A stretch of DNA of 64,000 nt from Leptogorgia sarmentosa. Its lineage: Eukaryota. Below, one piece after another: positions 61,569-64,000 of the stretch. Numbering within the stretch: position 1 is the first letter of the stretch; each line of letters opens with the position of its first letter. The notes under the pieces are model-generated. The model made no database searches and was not told where the DNA came from. It saw only the letters and a list, made by a program, of their open reading frames with translations. The DNA is taken from NCBI GenBank assembly GCA_964658305.1, contig OZ210885.1:17174001-17238000 (forward strand). The letters run 5' to 3'. A program made the translations under genes and the position numbers.

Positions 61569-63473
61569 TTATAGCTGCCAGTTGTGTGGCAGTAGATGCA
61601 CTGGGATAATGGTCGGAGTTGCCTGCATGCCGGCTGGTGCTAGCCGCTTGAATCGGGAAACCTGCAAGCGGAATAATGCGTCAGCTAGACTATTCTTAAC
61701 ACCCGGAACATGCTGGGCTCGAAAAAGAATATTAAAGCGCAAGCATGCCAACACCAGCCGGCGGACAAAAATCATAACTGTTACATCGCGCGACGTTGCC
61801 CTATTAATAATCTCGACCAATGCTGCACTGTCTGTGAAGAAAATAATACGCTGATCACGCATCAAATGACCCCATAGGAGCACACTCAAAACAATGGGAT
61901 AAAATTCCAAAATAACGATATTTATATGTTTCCAATGTTCAGGCCATGCACCGAAACACCAAAACTGACCAAATATAGCTCCAAAACCCAAGCTAGCTGC
62001 AGAATCGGTATACAAATTTAAATTGACAGAATTAGACCAGAAATCCCCCAGAAAAAACGATCGCCCATTGAAATCATCCAAAAATGATCCCCATATACGC
62101 AAATCCGCTTTGACAGATCGACTAAGCCGGATAAAATGAAACGCACACCGGATGCCTTTGGTCAAATCTATAAGACGACGCAGAAAAGCTCTCCCTGGCA
62201 CCACCACAGAACATGCAAAATTAAGAAGGCCAATTAATGACTGGACCTCTTTTAAAGTAGCTTTCTTGCACTGTAGAAACTGCGAAAGGAGGACTTTGGA
62301 TTTAGCTATTTTATCCGCTGGTAAACGCGCTTCAAACAATCTAGTGTCTAATTCAATACCGGCAAATGTCAAAGTGGTTTGAGGACCGACCGTTTTCTCG
62401 GGAGCAATCGGAATACCAAGATACTCGCAAAGGGATAAAAAATTCTTCAAGTCAGCGCAACATTGGTCATAGGATGAAGCTGCCATTAGGTAGTCATCAA
62501 GAATGTGGATAAGATGCGCAATATTCAAGTGTTTCTGGGCAACCCATTGCAGTGCAGTGCTAAACGTTTCAAATGTCCGACAGGATGATGCACATCCCAT
62601 CGGCATGGCCCGGTCATAATAGAATTGTCCTTGCCAAAAAATGCCCAAAAGATCGTAATCCTGGGGGCATATAGGAATGATACGAAACGCATTTTTGATG
62701 TCTGTTTTTGCAAGAAAACAACCTTTACCTAGTTTTTTGATCATGGAAATTGCATCGTCAACTCGACTGTAACACACTGCAGTATGCTCAGATGAAATAT
62801 TGTCATTGATCGATGCCCCGTGAGGAAACGACAAATGGTGGATTAAACGAAATTCCCCGGGCGTTTTCTTTGGCACCACTCCCAATGGGGAAACTCGAAA
62901 ATTAGGAAAAGGCGGTTCTTGAAAAGGTCCAGCTATTCTATTAGCTTGTAACTCCTTATCAAGTTTAGCACTGACTATCTCAGGGTGTTCATAAGCAGAT
63001 GCGAGATTTTTGGAACAAAAAGAAATACGGTCACCCGAAAAATGTAGGGGAAAACCTAAGGTAAAACCCTTATGTAACAAAGAAACAACATGCACATCAT
63101 ATCCACATAACAAGGGAAGCATGCGTTCAATTAAGACCGGAGTTGGGAGCTCGGGACAAGGCTGCCGTTTTGACACCAAGGGGTTGAAAATTGGCAGTGG
63201 CACCGGAGGGACGAAAATTGGAAGTGGAACTGGAGGGACGAAAATTACAGCTGTGTGCAGGATGTTTCTTCCCACCTGTACACTTAAAACAAGCATGCTT
63301 AAAAGGGCATGGACCAAAACAGCCAAGGCCCTGGTGAAACTTGCGGAAAAAACCTTTAGGCATGAATAGCCCCCGCTGACTGCCATTTTGTGATTTAGGT
63401 TTTGCCTGGGAAAAATTCTGTGCCCGAATCCATAATTCCCAATGGGTGGATCCCCAGGGCATTTCGTGAGCAT
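61569..63473 (-). CDS. Ngaro RT-RNase H ORF (open)
   Basis: SPLGVVPKK, FRLIHHLS, KTDIKNAFR, MPMG, ILDD, YTDSA, ILEFYPI, FTDS, ADALFR. Confidence 0.9.
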   Translation of the reverse strand: MLTKCPGDPPIGNYGFGHRIFPRQNLNHKMAVSGGYSCLKVFSASFTRALAVLVHALLSMLVLSVQVGRNILHTAVIFVPPVPLPIFVPPVPLPIFNPLVSKRQPCPELPTPVLIERMLPLLCGYDVHVVSLLHKGFTLGFPLHFSGDRISFCSKNLASAYEHPEIVSAKLDKELQANRIAGPFQEPPFPNFRVSPLGVVPKKTPGEFRLIHHLSFPHGASINDNISSEHTAVCYSRVDDAISMIKKLGKGCFLAKTDIKNAFRIIPICPQDYDLLGIFWQGQFYYDRAMPMGCASSCRTFETFSTALQWVAQKHLNIAHLIHILDDYLMAASSYDQCCADLKNFLSLCEYLGIPIAPEKTVGPQTTLTFAGIELDTRLFEARLPADKIAKSKVLLSQFLQCKKATLKEVQSLIGLLNFACSVVVPGRAFLRRLIDLTKGIRCAFHFIRLSRSVKADLRIWGSFLDDFNGRSFFLGDFWSNSVNLNLYTDSAASLGFGAIFGQFWCFGAWPEHWKHINIVILEFYPIVLSVLLWGHLMRDQRIIFFTDSAALVEIINRATSRDVTVMIFVRRLVLACLRFNILFRAQHVPGVKNSLADALFRLQVSRFKRLAPAGMQATPTIIPVHLLPHNWQL

Positions 63474-63966
63474 GTGTATACCTCAAAAATCGAAATTGGG
63501 TGTCATAGAATTGCCAATTACCTTCCCGAGCAGCCAAATCCCGAACCACTTCGCCATACTTCATAAGGGCGGGGCCCTCCAATGGATACTTGCTAGTGTA
63601 AACCCCAACAAACACCTGGAAAGCAGTCGTCCACACCTCAATGTTGGGAATAGCTTTAGCCTTGGTAGTGGGTTCTAAAGCAAGTGTTGGTACTGAACCC
63701 TCAGATGTGCCGAGCGAAAGATTATACCGGGTATCACCTACTTGAGGATTTATAAGTAGCCCGAAATCTATAAACTCATTGCTCCAAATCTTTGCCTTAA
63801 TCTTGGGGCTGACCTGGGCATCGATGGGAATACTCACGGAATTGAAATTGGATATGCCAACGGAACTGGCCATGAGGTGTGGACGAATTGCCCCCAATTC
63901 TACTACCTCACCTGTAAGGTGTTCCATGGCTGCAGCTACTGGCCCCTGCCCTTGAGCGTCAGCCAC
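63127..63966 (-). CDS. Ngaro gag-like ORF with a C-terminal Cys/His cluster
   Basis: KIWSNEFIDFGLL, WTTAFQVF, WQFYDTQFR, C..CPFKHACFKC..KHPAHSC. Confidence 0.8.
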   Translation of the reverse strand: MADAQGQGPVAAAMEHLTGEVVELGAIRPHLMASSVGISNFNSVSIPIDAQVSPKIKAKIWSNEFIDFGLLINPQVGDTRYNLSLGTSEGSVPTLALEPTTKAKAIPNIEVWTTAFQVFVGVYTSKYPLEGPALMKYGEVVRDLAAREGNWQFYDTQFRFLRYTHAHEMPWGSTHWELWIRAQNFSQAKPKSQNGSQRGLFMPKGFFRKFHQGLGCFGPCPFKHACFKCTGGKKHPAHSCNFRPSSSTSNFRPSGATANFQPLGVKTAALSRAPNSGLN

Positions 63967-64000
63967 AGAAATGCCCTGAAGCGGTACCTCCCTAGTCCTA

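Larger units (their letters stand above)
59845..64000 (-). mobile_element. Ngaro-like tyrosine-recombinase retrotransposon (5' part beyond the window; 3' boundary approximate)
   Basis: Overlapping gag, RT-RNase H without an MT domain, and YR. This is the Ngaro-type layout. Confidence 0.8.

Overview
AT-rich eukaryotic (animal) DNA. The spliceosomal GT-AG introns and the mix of DIRS, Ngaro, Crypton, KDZ, BEL, Gypsy, LINE and PHIS elements suggest a marine invertebrate such as a cnidarian (inference). Almost the whole window is nested, mostly decayed mobile DNA, and I see no intact host gene. From left to right: a foldback element; an exon encoding a bacterial-type AlbA_2/Schlafen domain; an intron-containing KDZ (Kyakuja-Dileera-Zisupton) transposase interrupted by an RT-less BEL/Pao and a DIRS element, facing an HMG-box gene; a short-LTR Gypsy inside a hAT transposase; a Gypsy carrying a LINE and inserted in a 128-bp tandem repeat; a spliced tyrosine-recombinase gene (zinc fingers, acidic tract, YR, two Myb-like domains) split by a Harbinger-type element; a Crypton inside a 35-bp satellite; minisatellites and MITEs; a DDE-like ORF fused to an OTU domain; a multi-exon P-loop helicase-like gene (DUF927/SF3-like) missed by the ORF track, with a DIRS in one intron; and a Ngaro element running off the right edge. 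The best candidate for an undescribed system is the co-oriented pair of spliced genes, helicase-like (about 50.4-57.9 kb) and YR-ZnF-Myb (about 31.5-37.6 kb). They may be remnants of a large YR-integrating DNA element. All family assignments come from motif recognition by eye, with no database search.
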